From positions 2,109,724 through 2,173,723 of the forward strand of contig OZ287696.1 of NCBI GenBank assembly GCA_965649825.1: DNA of 64,000 nt, given 5' to 3'. Positions 1 to 13,500 of the stretch are shown in pieces. A model generated the notes under the pieces. That model was not told the DNA's origin. It worked only from the letters and a program-made list of their open reading frames with translations, and ran no database searches. The position numbers were made by a program, and so were the translations under genes. This DNA is from Penicillus capitatus. Lineage: Eukaryota; Plantae; Chlorophyta. The stretch's first letter is position 1, and each line of letters begins with the position of its first letter.

Positions 1-57
1 TATCATCGGAAACTGCGTCGTCTTGATGAATGTGATAAAGACATAATGCAATCTGTT

Positions 58-1370
58 TCAAACGAAACTCTTATAGGCAGAATGAATACCCCAGTTATCT
101 GGAAGGAAGGCAAGGCCTCCGTCCATCAGATCATCCGTCAGACCAGAACTGTTATGCTCCGGAGCATAAAGAAAGTAGCCCGTTACGAACATGATAGACA
201 TGCAGTAGATTTGAAAGAACCAAGATGGAAGGGCTTCGGTGATCTTGCTGTAAAACTTGCTTGCCTTCTTAACGTGCTTCATCCACTCTTCGAAAAGAAT
301 GACAAGGGCACTAGCCAGAAAGAATAAGCCAATAAAGACCGGGGTCTTAGACATATATCCGATTCGTGGCATGTAAATGTGCAGGAATCCACTCGCAACA
401 AAGGTTGCGAAAAGAGCAATTGACTTGCGAAGTTTAGAAGGTGTTTTTCTATCAAAGTACTTCGAACCACGAATAACGCAACCTGATCACCACACTCAAG
501 TCAGAGGGAACAATGAGCGCCGTTCTGCACACTTTCGCAGATCGGATCGTAGACGATGTCTCTCAGAACAGTGCCGAAGACGAGGTTGTATCGCCTAGAC
601 CATAATTCCTGGACGCTCTGCGAGAGCCACGGTCGATCGAAATTGTGTTCGAGCTTAAGGTTTAAGGTGAAAAGGACGATCAGAGAGACGAGATCTTCGA
701 TTCCGGAGGTGTTGGCATAGAGAAACCATCCAAAGCAGATATCACTCCAGAAAAAGTGTCCCGAGGCACGGAGCAGATTTCGACCGTCCCTTAGGGCAAC
801 CATGAAGGCAATCTAATGCAAACAAGTCACGGAAATGAACAGAGACTGTGTAGAATCAGTCACCTTTGCAATCACCTGCGCCGCGAAGATCAGCGCCTCT
901 CTAGTACGTTCTGTCTCTTGGTAATGGACAACATGAAAGCGGACGTCTTTATAGGGGTGGCGCTTTTCTGGTTTGTCCTCCGTCTCCTTAGAGACCCGTT
1001 CCTTACGAAACTTGACGGTGACGGGAAACAAGAGGGCGAGAACGAAAGCGCCCGTGCTGCCGCTGTCGTAGGCTTTGACTAGTTGCCCGCGGTTCATGCA
1101 GAAGGAGCAGATTTTGCATGGCGTTAGAAACGAGAAAACGCAGATACAGTACAGGGCTGTCGTGAATTCTTCATTTCTATGTGGGAGGAAAAGGACACAA
1201 AAGAAAACCAAAAGCGGCATCAGCATCAACGCACGTAAGAATCGCGATAGACCAGTCGTCGCTGCGGCGACGACGTAACGCGTCCAATAGTAGAACGCAA
1301 AATGGCCGGCGATAAGAATGCCGAGTCGAACAGACAGATCTATATTCCATAGCGCAGACTGCAAAGTCAT
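58..1370 (-). CDS. MBOAT family O-acyltransferase (wax synthase / sterol acyltransferase-like), multi-exon
   Basis: Hydrophobic exons at 813-1370, 501-803 and 58-372. Motif HNFDRPWLSQSVQELWSRRYNLVFGTVLRDIVYDP matches the plant wax-synthase MBOAT signature (F..P.L..SL..FW..RWN). Confidence 0.85.
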
Positions 1371-1752
1371 CCCAAGGCCACACGCAGCACACGGACAATT
1401 GTCCAGACGAAAAGTATTGACACGATTGTTGAGACGAGACGTTTGGCGCAGTGTATTGGCAGTTCAGTCTTATGTAAACATTTGACAAGGATGCGCTCGT
1501 TATTATTACCCTTCGATCAAATTACGAGGCACTGTCGTTCACTGGCGAACGAAGCAGGCCGACGTTGAAGCATGTCGTTTTCTTTCTATGCAAGGAAGCC
1601 AGAAGCGGTAGCGTTCGTGGTGAAATGGACGCTAGGCCTCTTGTTACTAAACCAACCTCCACAATCGATCTTCCAACTCTCATGTCAAAATCATCAACTC
1701 ACATCCACGCCGCCTGAAAGGAGAGAAAGAAAGAGGCGCGAGAGATTTCATC

Positions 1753-4700
1753 CTAATCAGACGAAAGAATGCCTCTCTTTCTGTCCATAAGCAAAAAAAG
1801 CGGATCAAAGTCTGCGGATTTCTTGATCCTCGACGCCGATTCCATCCATATCCCTTTCTTTTGGACCATCACCAACAGGTTTTGTAGGTAGGTGTGAAGA
1901 GGCAGTTGTCCGAGGCATGAGATTACTTCATCGAGAGTGGTTCTATCTCTCTCAATATCTAAATCTGCCTCGAGCACGATCCAGAGTCCCAAGAGTCTTC
2001 TGTAAAGGGCCACAAAGATCTCTCCTTGAGTCGACAACTGACCTTTCCATTCCAATAATCTTTCCATTTCCTTTAACTGCTGTGCGGATTCCAGAAATCC
2101 ATTCAACAACAAAGCCACCCAGTCGTTGACAGTGTTCTTGCATGGTTGTCGCTGCAACTGTTCCAATGCGAACATTGTTGCTGCTTGACTGTTGAATAGG
2201 ATCTCCTGGTACCGATTATCATCTTCCTTATCGAATAATCTCCGTATCTTTCCGGTTGCAATGCTTGTCTGCATCTCTGCTGTCTTTTTGTCAAAGATTG
2301 TTTCCAGCAGGTATTTCAGATAGACTTGTTGGCCATCAAATCTCTGAGTCATGCATTCGAAGAAATGCAGCTTGACAGAAACCGTATGCCCTGATGAATC
2401 TTCTGTCGGCATCTGAGTTCCTGGAAGAGACTGAACGAGGTCGCAAGCGGCTTGCCGCACAGCATCATCTTCATCCTCTAGAGAAAGTGCAAGAACAGAC
2501 CATAAACGTAAAAAGAGAGATGCCTCAAGCTTCTTCCTGACGCCGCCGGCACCAATCTGAGACAGTATCATTTGAGAAAACACAGCTATTCGTGCAAATG
2601 AGTGAGTAACCTTTAGCAGACCGGAAAACCTCAGGGCTTTTACAGTAGCGATTCTGAAAGTCTCTGGCATGTGATAAGCACTGGATTCAATGACATACTC
2701 AGTGAACTGCTCAAGCGCTGTCTTGATGGCAGAATCATCATTGCTGTTTTCAACAAAACTCGACTTCATAAGAAACCCGCGCAGAATTACTGCCAGACAG
2801 ATCAGTGCATATTGCCTGCTCTTTAACAAGGCTCCTCTCATGTGCTGTTCAGAGAGCATCTCCCACATTGACGGAAAATCCAGATCACTCATGTCAGTGT
2901 CGTCTAGCAGACTCAATGCCTTCAAGCATTTGCAGATACACTAGACAGCATAAATCGATGCACTTCGTATTGCCTCTTTGAAAACGGAAATGTACAGCGG
3001 GATGTGTTTCCGAGCTTAGCGCTTGACACATGCGAGCTGTCAGTGAAGACGAGCTCCAATCCAAGAAGCCATCTTTCAGCTTTTTGGTGAGACGTCTCAG
3101 TGCTGCGAGGCGCACTTCGCAATGTGAATGGTCCAATGCCATTTCTATAAGAGGTTGTAGCTGAGAATTATCGTCTGCTTCAAAAACAAACGCAGCACAA
3201 GACTGCAGAAGCGATGTTATCCAGCTCCACATTATGCTCAGTAAGACATACATACCTGAGGGAGTATTGGAATCATGGCATCAATCGAATGCAGTGAGGT
3301 TGTGAGCAGTCCGGTGGCAACTCGTAACAGACATCCCTTAGCATCTGCGGGAAGAGCGTCTTGTTGATGGAAGACTGTTGCAAGTTGAATGAATTCTGCT
3401 TTCACTCCACAGCTGATCTTTTCTTCTGTCATGATCCACAATCGACCAAACAAGGCATGCTGTATTGTATCATGCGCCTGTCCACGGAAGAGATCGCTGT
3501 ACACCGAAACCAAAGTCCTGATAGTCAATAGATATCCATGCATGGCATTGCTGTCGAAGGTGGGAGCTTCATAATCCTAAAAGACAACACACAGACTGTC
3601 AGAAAGAAGGAGCTCGCTGGACAATCAAAGACTACAAGAGGAAGACGGTTGAACAGCAGGGAGATATGTTCCAACACGTCATCACGGATGACTAAGGGCA
3701 CCATGGCGCGTGATGCCAGTCGTCGAATAGCCATTTGTGGGACACCTAAGCACTCTGAAAAGGCATTGTCCCAATCTTTGTCTTAGGTCGGGAAAGCGTG
3801 CCTTGTATGTGAGAAAGCAGTCTTTTTTGATTCTGCATCGAGGTTGCCTTCACTGGAGGGGTCTCACACGGAAGAAGGCGTGCTAAGAGCAAGAGTATAG
3901 GCCCCAAACGTACGGGAACGGCTGTGATTGCAGACTTCAGTACTTCAGCCACTCCTTTCAATTCCTCCAGCATCACTTCCAGAAGTGATGGATATCGGAA
4001 GAAGAACTCATATGCTGAGATGGATTTTTGCAGCGTCCCGCTGCCAATCTTGTTTTTATAACCCACTGTTCTTGTAATAAGGGTGGCAAAGCAGAGAGAT
4101 GCTGCGTTTCGCACTTCCCAGACTTTGTCCGACATGCAGGCAAGACTCAGTTGAACTGTCTGTGCAATAAATGCTGCAGCATCGGTCGACAGTGCTTTAT
4201 CATTGAAGATGTGCCTCAAGATATGAAGGGCGTGGATTCTGCTCCACGAACGGTACAGATCTGGATGAGAGATCACACGAACCAGTGACTTCATGGCAGA
4301 TGGCAGCATTGTCTTCGGGATATTCTTGGGTTCTGCACGAAATATTGCTGCCAGGGCGAACGGCAAACCGCCACTCCGTCGAATAATATCGTCTCTGCAC
4401 TGATCGGTTTCTTTGACACGATCCAACAGAGTCTCGAGCCATTTGCCCGGGAGACTTCTGTATTCCACAAGATGACACTGGAGGAGTCTTTCGCAGACAG
4501 CCTGAAAGGATTCTGCCGTCTTCTCGACAGCGCCTGTATGTTTCAGCTTGACGAGAGATTCCGTAAAGTAGACACCCATGAGCTGGAAGTGCTTCAAACT
4601 CAAAAACAGAGAATCATCCTGAGTTCCCACATCTGCTGACGCTGCAACCGTGTCGTAAGACAGAGAGATATGCTCATACCTTCAACTGGTAGACACTTGG

Positions 4701-7700
4701 CCACTGTTCCGAGAACAACAGAGAGCTCCTTGACGGTTAACCAGGTTCCGGTCATGAGGAACTGCGCTTCAGGCCCCATGGATCCTTCCACATCGTCCAC
4801 TTCATCATCCCCATCTGACACGTCGATATTAACATCCTATCGTCATATCTAAGTCAAATCGCGCGTTGAACACCTACTGAATGTTTGCCTGAGTTTGGAG
4901 GACAGATAAGCAGAGTTCGAGACAAGGCATGATAGATGTGAAGAATTGCCACAAATGCTGCTTCAAGGTCGCAGCAGTGCTGTCTTTGTACATCAGTGCA
5001 GTCCAGTTCGTGGCTTCGATGACATAACGCAGCGTCAATAGCACTCCATGTGCCAGACCTTGTTGACATTGCCCCAAGAGATCTGCTTCTCCTGGACATC
5101 GCACTGCCTTGGGACAATGGAAAACGTGCATTCTGTCTACCCTTCTGCACATTTGCAACAAACCACTGGCACAGTGCGGCAACAAAACACATTTCTGGTG
5201 CAGATGTTGAGCAACATGTCTCCTGAATGTTGATATCCGGATAGAGAGATATGGACCATCCAAGCACGATCGCATATTTCCTGTATACCAATTGAAGCAC
5301 ACGAGCACCACAGTCATTCTCCCTCAGTCTGCACGGCGATGACTCGCGAAATCTCTTCAAGCAGGAGACAGCATGTGTACCTTGGGCTATTGACTAAGCT
5401 CTTCGCCCACTTCACGACCGGTAGGATCTCTGCCTTCTCCGTGAATCCTGGCAAAGGTGTTGGAAATCGCATTAAGCACAATGCCGCTCTGCTTCGCAAG
5501 TAGTCCCATGAATCATTCATGCTTCCGATCACCGTCTGCAAAACGCGTACTGATTGGAAAGCAAATGCGATCATACTGACACCTCGACAGTCGTCTTCGT
5601 CAACAGGGCATTACCGAATGGTTGGAAACGGAAGAGATCTGGATGCATCTGCTGTTTTTCGAGGAATCCGTCCCAGGTGTCTAACAACACGCAGAGCACT
5701 TCTATTGACGCGATTTTGCGGTTCGAGGGTGCTCCAGGGTACAATCCATATAATAACACATGACTTAGCCATTGCATGAACGCCTGGCCTCGTTCCATGC
5801 CCTCCAAACAAAGCTCTTCATTTTTCTGTTTGTTTCCTGGGGACAAGCGTAAGGCAGCCAGGTGGCATCCAACATCGATTTCTTACCCTTCATATGATGC
5901 TTATGACGTTGCCATGTCAAGAAGGCAGAGACAGCGACTTTGACGTGGATCATGAATTTTTCCATCAGTGTTCTCCATTTGCTTCGCATTCCTTCATTCG
6001 ATGATCGGCAGGCAATCAAGTAAGCTTGCTTGACGATTTCGTAATCCGTCTGGCCAGGGAAGTCCGTTGGTCTACAGGCAAATGAGATACTCTGAATGCA
6101 ATAAAGCCATAGAATTACTTTGGATGCACACAAGCAATTTCCAATGTGCTTAAGAAGAGCGATTCGGAATCGCTGTTGATGGCTTTTTGTAGCAAACCTG
6201 ACGAGAACATGACCATTCCATGCTCTTTATCCACGATAGATTCCAGGTTTGGAATGAGGTGTTCTTGCCGAATGATCCGCAGAATTGAGACAACGACTGA
6301 AAGCGTTGCGACAGAAGGATCTGTAACAGAACGCTTATGAGAGATTGCAACCACACCATCGATCAGACCAACCCGTTTCGCTGTCAGAGGGGAGCAGAGC
6401 TTTCAGGATGTGTTGGAACATCTCATTGTCCAGTCTGATGAGAGGAGGAATGACATAAGTGATCAGATTGATCCTCTGCCGTTCGTTTCCCTGACGCAAC
6501 GATTCCGTTAAGAGTGACATCCACGTGTGATGTAGCCACTGAGAAGGATACTCGCACTTGAGCTTCTTAACAAAGCACATAAGGCAATTGCTAGCTGCTT
6601 TGCTCACAGGGGTCTCCACAAATGCAACCATGATTGAAGAAAAGAGAGTCGGCGATGCACTCAGAAAGGCTCCGATTTGCATTTTGGGAATCAAGGCTGA
6701 CAGCAGAGCATACTTGCCTTTTTTGCGAACATCGAGCTGCAGTGCCGTCTCCAACACTCCACGGTAAGTATCCACAGGGACTGGAATTCCCTCTGATCGA
6801 ATGCCAACACATTCCTATGCATCTGTGAGCTTGCGGGTAGCATTGAACACATACCCTGTCTGGGAAAGAGTGAATGCTGTAGCTCCACAATGTCCATGAG
6901 TTTGTTGAATACGGTCACTGCCTGACGCTCTGTTTGGTGAACGGCATCCTCCAGATGTCTCCAAACAGCACGTAGCAAATGGTGATAGCTTCGTTCATCG
7001 AGGAGAACAGACAGATGCGTTTCCTATGGCCACATGTCGATCGAGTTACAGTAGCCAGCGAAGAGAACTGTACGCTGCCGTCGTCATTTGCACGTTCCAT
7101 TTTTTGCTTGACACAGACAAGGCAGTTCTTGTATCGATCCAATGTTGTCGTCAGTGCAGAGAGCAGATGAAAGCACAATGTGACATCGGATGTTTTCGAC
7201 AGTTCATCGCACAGGACAAGCAAGATGCGATTCAACAGAGATTCTGAGAGACAGGAATAACCGTAATAATGACAATGGCATGAATGGATCACTTTTTGAA
7301 ATGGGATGCATCAGCATATCAGATTGCATGACAGATATGATGCCTTTGAGAGAACAGATACGGGAAAACCTGGATACTCTGCTGAATTCTTGAACAAGCG
7401 TCTGTCCATGAGAAGTGTAATGTGCTTCAACGTATGAAGTGCTCAACTTCATGGAGGACCTGCAGTCACAGACACTCAACTGAGCGAGAATGAAGTACAT
7501 AACAGAAACCTGGCAATGGAATCGGTTTCCAGATGGTAGCCGTGAACAATTAAGTCAGCAGCTTCTGCTGTATCAAGAGATGGAAGCGAAATCGCACTCC
7601 ATAGTGTCACACCAACAGAAGGCATGGCTTCATGGACAAGTATCTCATTCTAGAAAAAACTACTGTTGAGAGAATCCCTTGTCTGAATGCTATCCGACAT

Positions 7701-8644
7701 GTAGTAACCAGAACATGGTTTCTGCGATGCATGTAAGCACTGGCATCGTCTCTGATAGTCTCTCTGGATCGGCCAGTGTTTGTTTGCACTGTGAAAGAAG
7801 TGCATAGATCACCGATACGATCTCTTGGGCTTCCTCCACTTGCCAAGGCAAAGGTGGTGAGGAAGATTGCACAGCAGACATCAAAACGGAGCGCATGCGA
7901 TGACAAAAGAACATACAGCACTCGAGAACGGTGTCTCTGAACAGCATATGAGGCTTCACTGTATTCTCAGAGACGGCCTCTGACGGACCTGAGAGCCACG
8001 CTGGCTTGAGATTCTTCGACCAACGTGACAAACAGGACAACCAGCGGCGCCTAAGATGACCACTGAGGGCAGAAGACATGTCAGGAAAACAGACACCTAC
8101 CTCATGGTCTTTGTAGATATCGCGAGCAGAAACATCGATGTATTTTCGTATCAGTGATGTCAATGCCGTTGCTGAACGAGCATAAGAGAGTTCTGTCGAG
8201 ATGCGTCGACTCACAACCGAGCGCACCATCAATGGCAGAAAGCTTCTTCAGTTCTGAGAGCATGTGTTTGTGCATCTGTTTTGCGGGCTCGACAAATAAC
8301 ACTTCCATCAATACATCCACAAATGCCACGAACTGTATCTAGCTCATGGCAGAGGTCCATGTTGGCAATGGATACATACTTCATCTTGGCCGCGTTGCCG
8401 AACGAGCGATACGAGTTTCTGCAGAATTTCGGTTCTCTGGAAGACAGATATGGACTCCAGGTAAGACCAGAACAGATTGGCCATTTCCCCATCCACAGTT
8501 TGAAGGTTCTTAACCTGGCCAGCTCTGTCTAGACAGATATTAGGACAGAGAGCATCATGCCTTCTCTTTCAGTGTGCATGGCACGTGCAGAAGCGATTCG
8601 TTCCATTTTTGCAGTTTCTGTTGTTTCTTGAAACGCGATGTCAT
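1753..8644 (-). CDS. THADA: THADA / Trm732-like HEAT-repeat protein (DUF2428), many exons
   Basis: Motifs QFLMTGTWLTVKELS, IIRRSGGLPF, RIHALHILRHIF, WEVRNAASLCFATLITR and EDEDDAVRQAA lie in collinear minus-strand exons. The start (ATG 8644, MTSRFKKQ) is inferred. Confidence 0.8.
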
Positions 8645-8983
8645 TTCATAAGGAAACAATGGAGATCAGAAGGAGGAAGTGGTGTTCCATCCACATGCTT
8701 GGCGGCTGGCGACCCGTCACATCGCAGTCCTGGGTTGGTGCGTCGTGACAGACTGTTGCTAAAGACGGTTCGCATTAGAAGCAGCGCTATTCTGTACCCG
8801 GAGAGCAGCTAACGTGTGTGTCTCCCTTTGTCTTTAGCCATCACGTCGGGTATGTACGTTCGATTGGAGCTCTACTTTCAGCAACCAGAATAACAGAGCC
8901 CCTTCAACCGCACCATATCGATACAGACGAACGTTTTTTATTCCAGTGATCAACCAATCATCGCCAACACAAGCTGTAGAAGA

Positions 8984-9970
8984 ATGGGAGAACACGAAAC
9001 CGCATCTTCGCCTCCTGAACGTCAGAAAGGCACAGTGAAGTGGTTCAACTCTTCCAAGGGGTTTGGTTTCATCACGCCTGACGAAGGCGACGAAGACCTC
9101 TTCGTACACCAAGTACGACGGCGACATCCACAACAGTGGAAAGCCGACGACGCCACGAAACGCTCGATGAACAACATTTGTGTCTGTCTCAGTCCACGAT
9201 ACGAACGGAGGGATTCAGAAGTTTAAGAGAAGGAGAAAGAGTCGATTTTGATTTGGAGAAAGGAGACGATGGACGCAACAAAGCTGTCAACGTAACTGGT
9301 CCTGACGGTGCCCCGCCGCAAGTAGATCTTCTAATGTTGACCCATAGTGCTGTAATGCATGTGTCTGTCTGTCCGTCTGTAAACAGGGTGGACCTCCCGT
9401 TCGTCCATACCCCGGTCCAGGATTTGGATTTCCACCTCCGCCTCCAGGTGGCTTCTATCCAAACCAGACGGGACCCGAAGGAGCATCTGGACCGCCAGGG
9501 AGTGGATATCATGGATACCATTTCTATTTCTATCCTGGAGCGCGATACCCAGGAGCATATTTGGAAGGTATGATGCCGCCCATGTTATCTCGTCCACCAA
9601 GAAGCATGGCCAGTCCCAACTCTCCATTCAAACCCTCACCATCACATGCCGGAAAAACGAGTGGCCTTCAAGTCTGTATCCCATGGATGATGGATGTGCA
9701 GAGAAGAATGGGATGTTGTGCTGTGTCTGTTTTGGGCAGGTGGTGGTGCATAACTTGCCATGGTCCTGCACGTGGCAGAGACTCAAAGAAGTCTTCAGTC
9801 AGTGGGAAGTTGTACGTGCAGATGTGATTGTCGATGAGTACGGACGGTCGCGTGGATTTGGAACCGTCCGTTTCAGTTCAGAAGAAGATGCAGCAGCTGC
9901 TATCGATGCCATTAACGGAATCGAAATGGATGGTCGCAAAATCACCGTTCGATTAGATCGCTATGCTTAA
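8984..9970 (+). CDS. NAB1: NAB1-type cytosolic RNA-binding protein (cold-shock domain + RRM)
   Basis: CSD: [29 protein letters not shown]|[16 protein letters not shown]-terminal RRM: SGLQ|[17 protein letters not shown]...[10 protein letters not shown]...ITVRLDRYA*, closely matching Chlamydomonas NAB1 as recalled. Three GT-AG introns. Confidence 0.9.
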
Positions 9971-10594
9971 TGTTTGTTTCTATTGCCCCATCTAATACCT
10001 AAACGCCCCACCTTCTCTCTTCTGTACAACGCTCTCATTGTGTGTGCATCCCTGGCTGCCCTGTCCATTCCCTTTTTGATCTCTTGGACATTCTCGTTGG
10101 ACAGATCTACTGTCTGTCCACCCATCCGTCCATCCGTTCGGCCGTCCGTCTATCAGCCATCTGGGTCAATCTATGCACTGCATCAAACTCTCAATACGCT
10201 TCGCTTCATTGTGAGAGTAGTGGACCATTCAAAAGTTTTTATTGTCTGAAGCATCACGGGATCATGGGGCGGGCTGCATGACAGTGTGCCCAAGCACAAA
10301 TGGGGTGTCGCTGTTGTTGTCACTGTTGTGTTATTGTGTGGACCATTTTCTATGCCTGTCTGACATGAATTCATTCTTAACGCCAGACCATTGTGGTAGC
10401 ACGTGCGGCATCAGCACCTTTAGCCCTGCTACTCATTAAAACAGCAACGAATGAAAGATTACAAGCTTTGTGTCTGTCTGTTTCTTGACACTCGGCACTC
10501 CGTCATGCACAAGAGTACCGATAAATGGCTAAAGAGCACCGCTGTCTTCCAGAACAGCATTGCTTGATCCAGTTCCATCTTCTATAAAGGACAG

Positions 10595-13500
10595 TTACTG
10601 TTGATTCCATTGTCGCTCTTTGAGGAAGGGCATGTAATCTTTCCCACTCGGCTTTCTCAAATGTTGTGGACAGGTCTCCAGAACACCATCGATGGTACAC
10701 TTGATATGTTCGGTGTCTGAGGGAACCAATTGATGCAAACCCATTCCAAGTTCCATTGCTTGGGTCAAGATGGCACTCTGTTCCTGATTCATTGGTTCCT
10801 GCTGTTGTTCATGGCAGATGGTCGAACAGGCCACGATCGACGAAAGGACTTCGGCAGCTTCGATGGCATTGGAACCTTGAAGGTGGGAAGAGATCAGGGA
10901 AAAGACAGTGAAGTCTGAAACGACACGGAGAGCAGGGAGGTTCATCGACTGCAAGGCATGTGGGTCTTTGCATCTGTCAAAGATGGATCTGAGCAGCATG
11001 AATCCAATGTGTGTGCATCCATACATCTTGTTCTTCAACAATCCCAGCCAATAGCCTATGATCAGACTCAGCACCTGACTGGGCACCTCATCGCACAAGG
11101 CATCGGCCAGTCGTGTAAGAACCAATTGCAGACAGGCACTCTCTGCACTGGGGATATCCATCAAAGCGGAGCCCACTGTGCTGTATCTCTCTGAGATGCA
11201 AGCTTCTGCCAATGTGTTGCACACTTGCCATGGACCTGTCATTGGAGATCCCTGAAGGATCTTCTGGCACATCCAGGGCAGCACAGAAGCCAACGAAACG
11301 CCAATCTGAACCTGAACACTGCCCAGCAATACAGACACTCCAGAGTGTTCTCCGGTCTTTGGGTGGAGATCATCCAAGTAACTACTGGATTCGAGCGTCA
11401 CTTCTGGCGTCAGAACCAATTCAGAAGCCAAAAGAGCCATCAGTTTGACAGTGATGGCCTCTGTCTGTGTCAGGAAGAGTCCTTTGATCAATAAGTGCTG
11501 AATGGAGAGGATGGGACAATCCTTCGCTTTGGAGGCTGGTAAGAGAATTTGAGTCCCCAGATCCCACAGCTGAATCTCTTTCGTCTCTGCCTTGCTCGGG
11601 GGTTCTTCTTCTTGGATAACACCCATAGAAGAAGACAGGACTGGTGAATACTTGATACTTGTTGGCGTTGTTGCCAACAGAACGTTCAGAATCATGTCGT
11701 TGCTGATTTTGAGTGAATCTAATAAACAGTGTAGCAGTTCCAGCGCCAGACGATACACATGTACATAGTCAGATGCTAGCAAAGAAATGCAAACCCAGAA
11801 CAACTGGGGGTACAAAACGAGTTTCGACGCCTCTGCGTTGTACATCAACATCTGAAACAAGACAGACACAAGGAGTGAAGAATCGACTGTGGCTTGTCTC
11901 ACGCACCTTCATGGTCTCCAGGATCTCCAGAACGCATTCCATGGCAGTAAGGGACGGATCAACGAAACAAGCCTTCAAACAACGAACCAGACTAATGAAG
12001 GCATCACTGGAGGCAGATGGACTCAGTCCACGTAAGACCTATTCGGGCATCATCATATTGCTGGAAAGAATGGATTGTGTATGTCCTGCCTGAAAAGAGC
12101 GACAGGAGAGATGACGACTACAGGATTCGACAGCCCAGGTTAGGGCTTCTCTGATCCAGAGATCTTTAAGATTGGAGCCATCACTTGTGGCTTCAAGCAA
12201 TCCAGCTACAAAAAAACGAACAGGTCCTTCACTGTGAACACGGCCTTCTGTCAGATTGGTATCTTCATAACGCCATGGGGATTGGCCCTTCATGGACTGC
12301 AGAGCAGAAACCAGAGCAGACAGCTAAACAGTGAGCAAGACATTCACACATTCACCACCACGTGATCCATTAAACAGGGATCTCACTTTGTTGGCTTTTC
12401 CGGGAACGCCTACCCGTTTTGATAGCAGGACATTGAGAAGGTTGATCACGAGCTGTTGACAATGGAGACGGACCACTTGTTCCAAACTGTCCATGCAGAC
12501 GACACACATATGAAAGAGGAGGGGAACATGGTCGCTGAATTTGTCTCCTTGTTCGTAAGCAATCTCGGCCAACATACAAACAGCGACATCTGCTCGTTGG
12601 AGGAGCCCCTTGAGAACTGGAGCCACAACTTCACTTCCCCGGCGATCTCCTCCAAGCGCTGAAAGATTGGACATCGATGTCTTTGAGTTCTGAACCATCA
12701 GGCCGTCTGTCTTGAAAGTCTCTTCATAAGAGCCATCGGATTGCATAGAAATGGACACGTTTGATGCGTATGTCCGTTCTCTGTGATGCATAGGTGTCAT
12801 TGTAAAGGAACGAGGTCGTGTCCTGGCACTGCCGGCACTGGTCTCAATGGATCGCACAACCTCCATCTGACTGGAGGTACTGTCCCGTCTCTTGAGAAGC
12901 TGTGTCGAGCAGGAGTGAGACGAGAATTTCAGCGGAGAAGAGATCGTGGTTGTTTCGCCCTCCACTGCCACAACAGCCGGTACATGCATCATGCGTGCTG
13001 CTTCGGAAACGAGGTGATCAATGGTACGGTGGGGAGACGTCCGAGAAAGATACAGACTGATGCGCTTGATGACACTGTGATACTGCAAGAGCAACTCTGC
13101 ATCCTAGAAACACGTATGCATCTATCAGGTGGGAAATCACGCATGCTCCCTGTAGACCTGCAGTATGCATTCGTTGACGGCGAATCCCACCAAAAACGTA
13201 AGGATTGGTCGAACATTTCCTTTACTGGCAACGGTACTCCACAGACGTTCCACTTCGTGGCTGAATTGCTTCCCATGTTGTAATGTGACATAGTACATGC
13301 TTTTTAGCAAACGGTCACCCCATGTCGAATCCCCATGTGCAAAAGAGAGCTGTTCCATCCAAGGAGTCAGGCAGAGTAAGACACCTGGATTCACCATTTC
13401 GTTGCATTGCATCGTCATCAGTTCTTCACACAATTTCTCATTCACTTCAGGGTGTTCTCTAGAACAGAGAGCAGCAACAATCTGGCTGGCTCTCCTGTAT

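Noticed and set aside
3746-3800. Possible GC-AG intron in THADA (CAAG|GCACGC)
   Set aside because: An in-phase GT donor (T|GTGAGA) about 70 nt upstream explains the join equally well, so it cannot be decided without RNA data.
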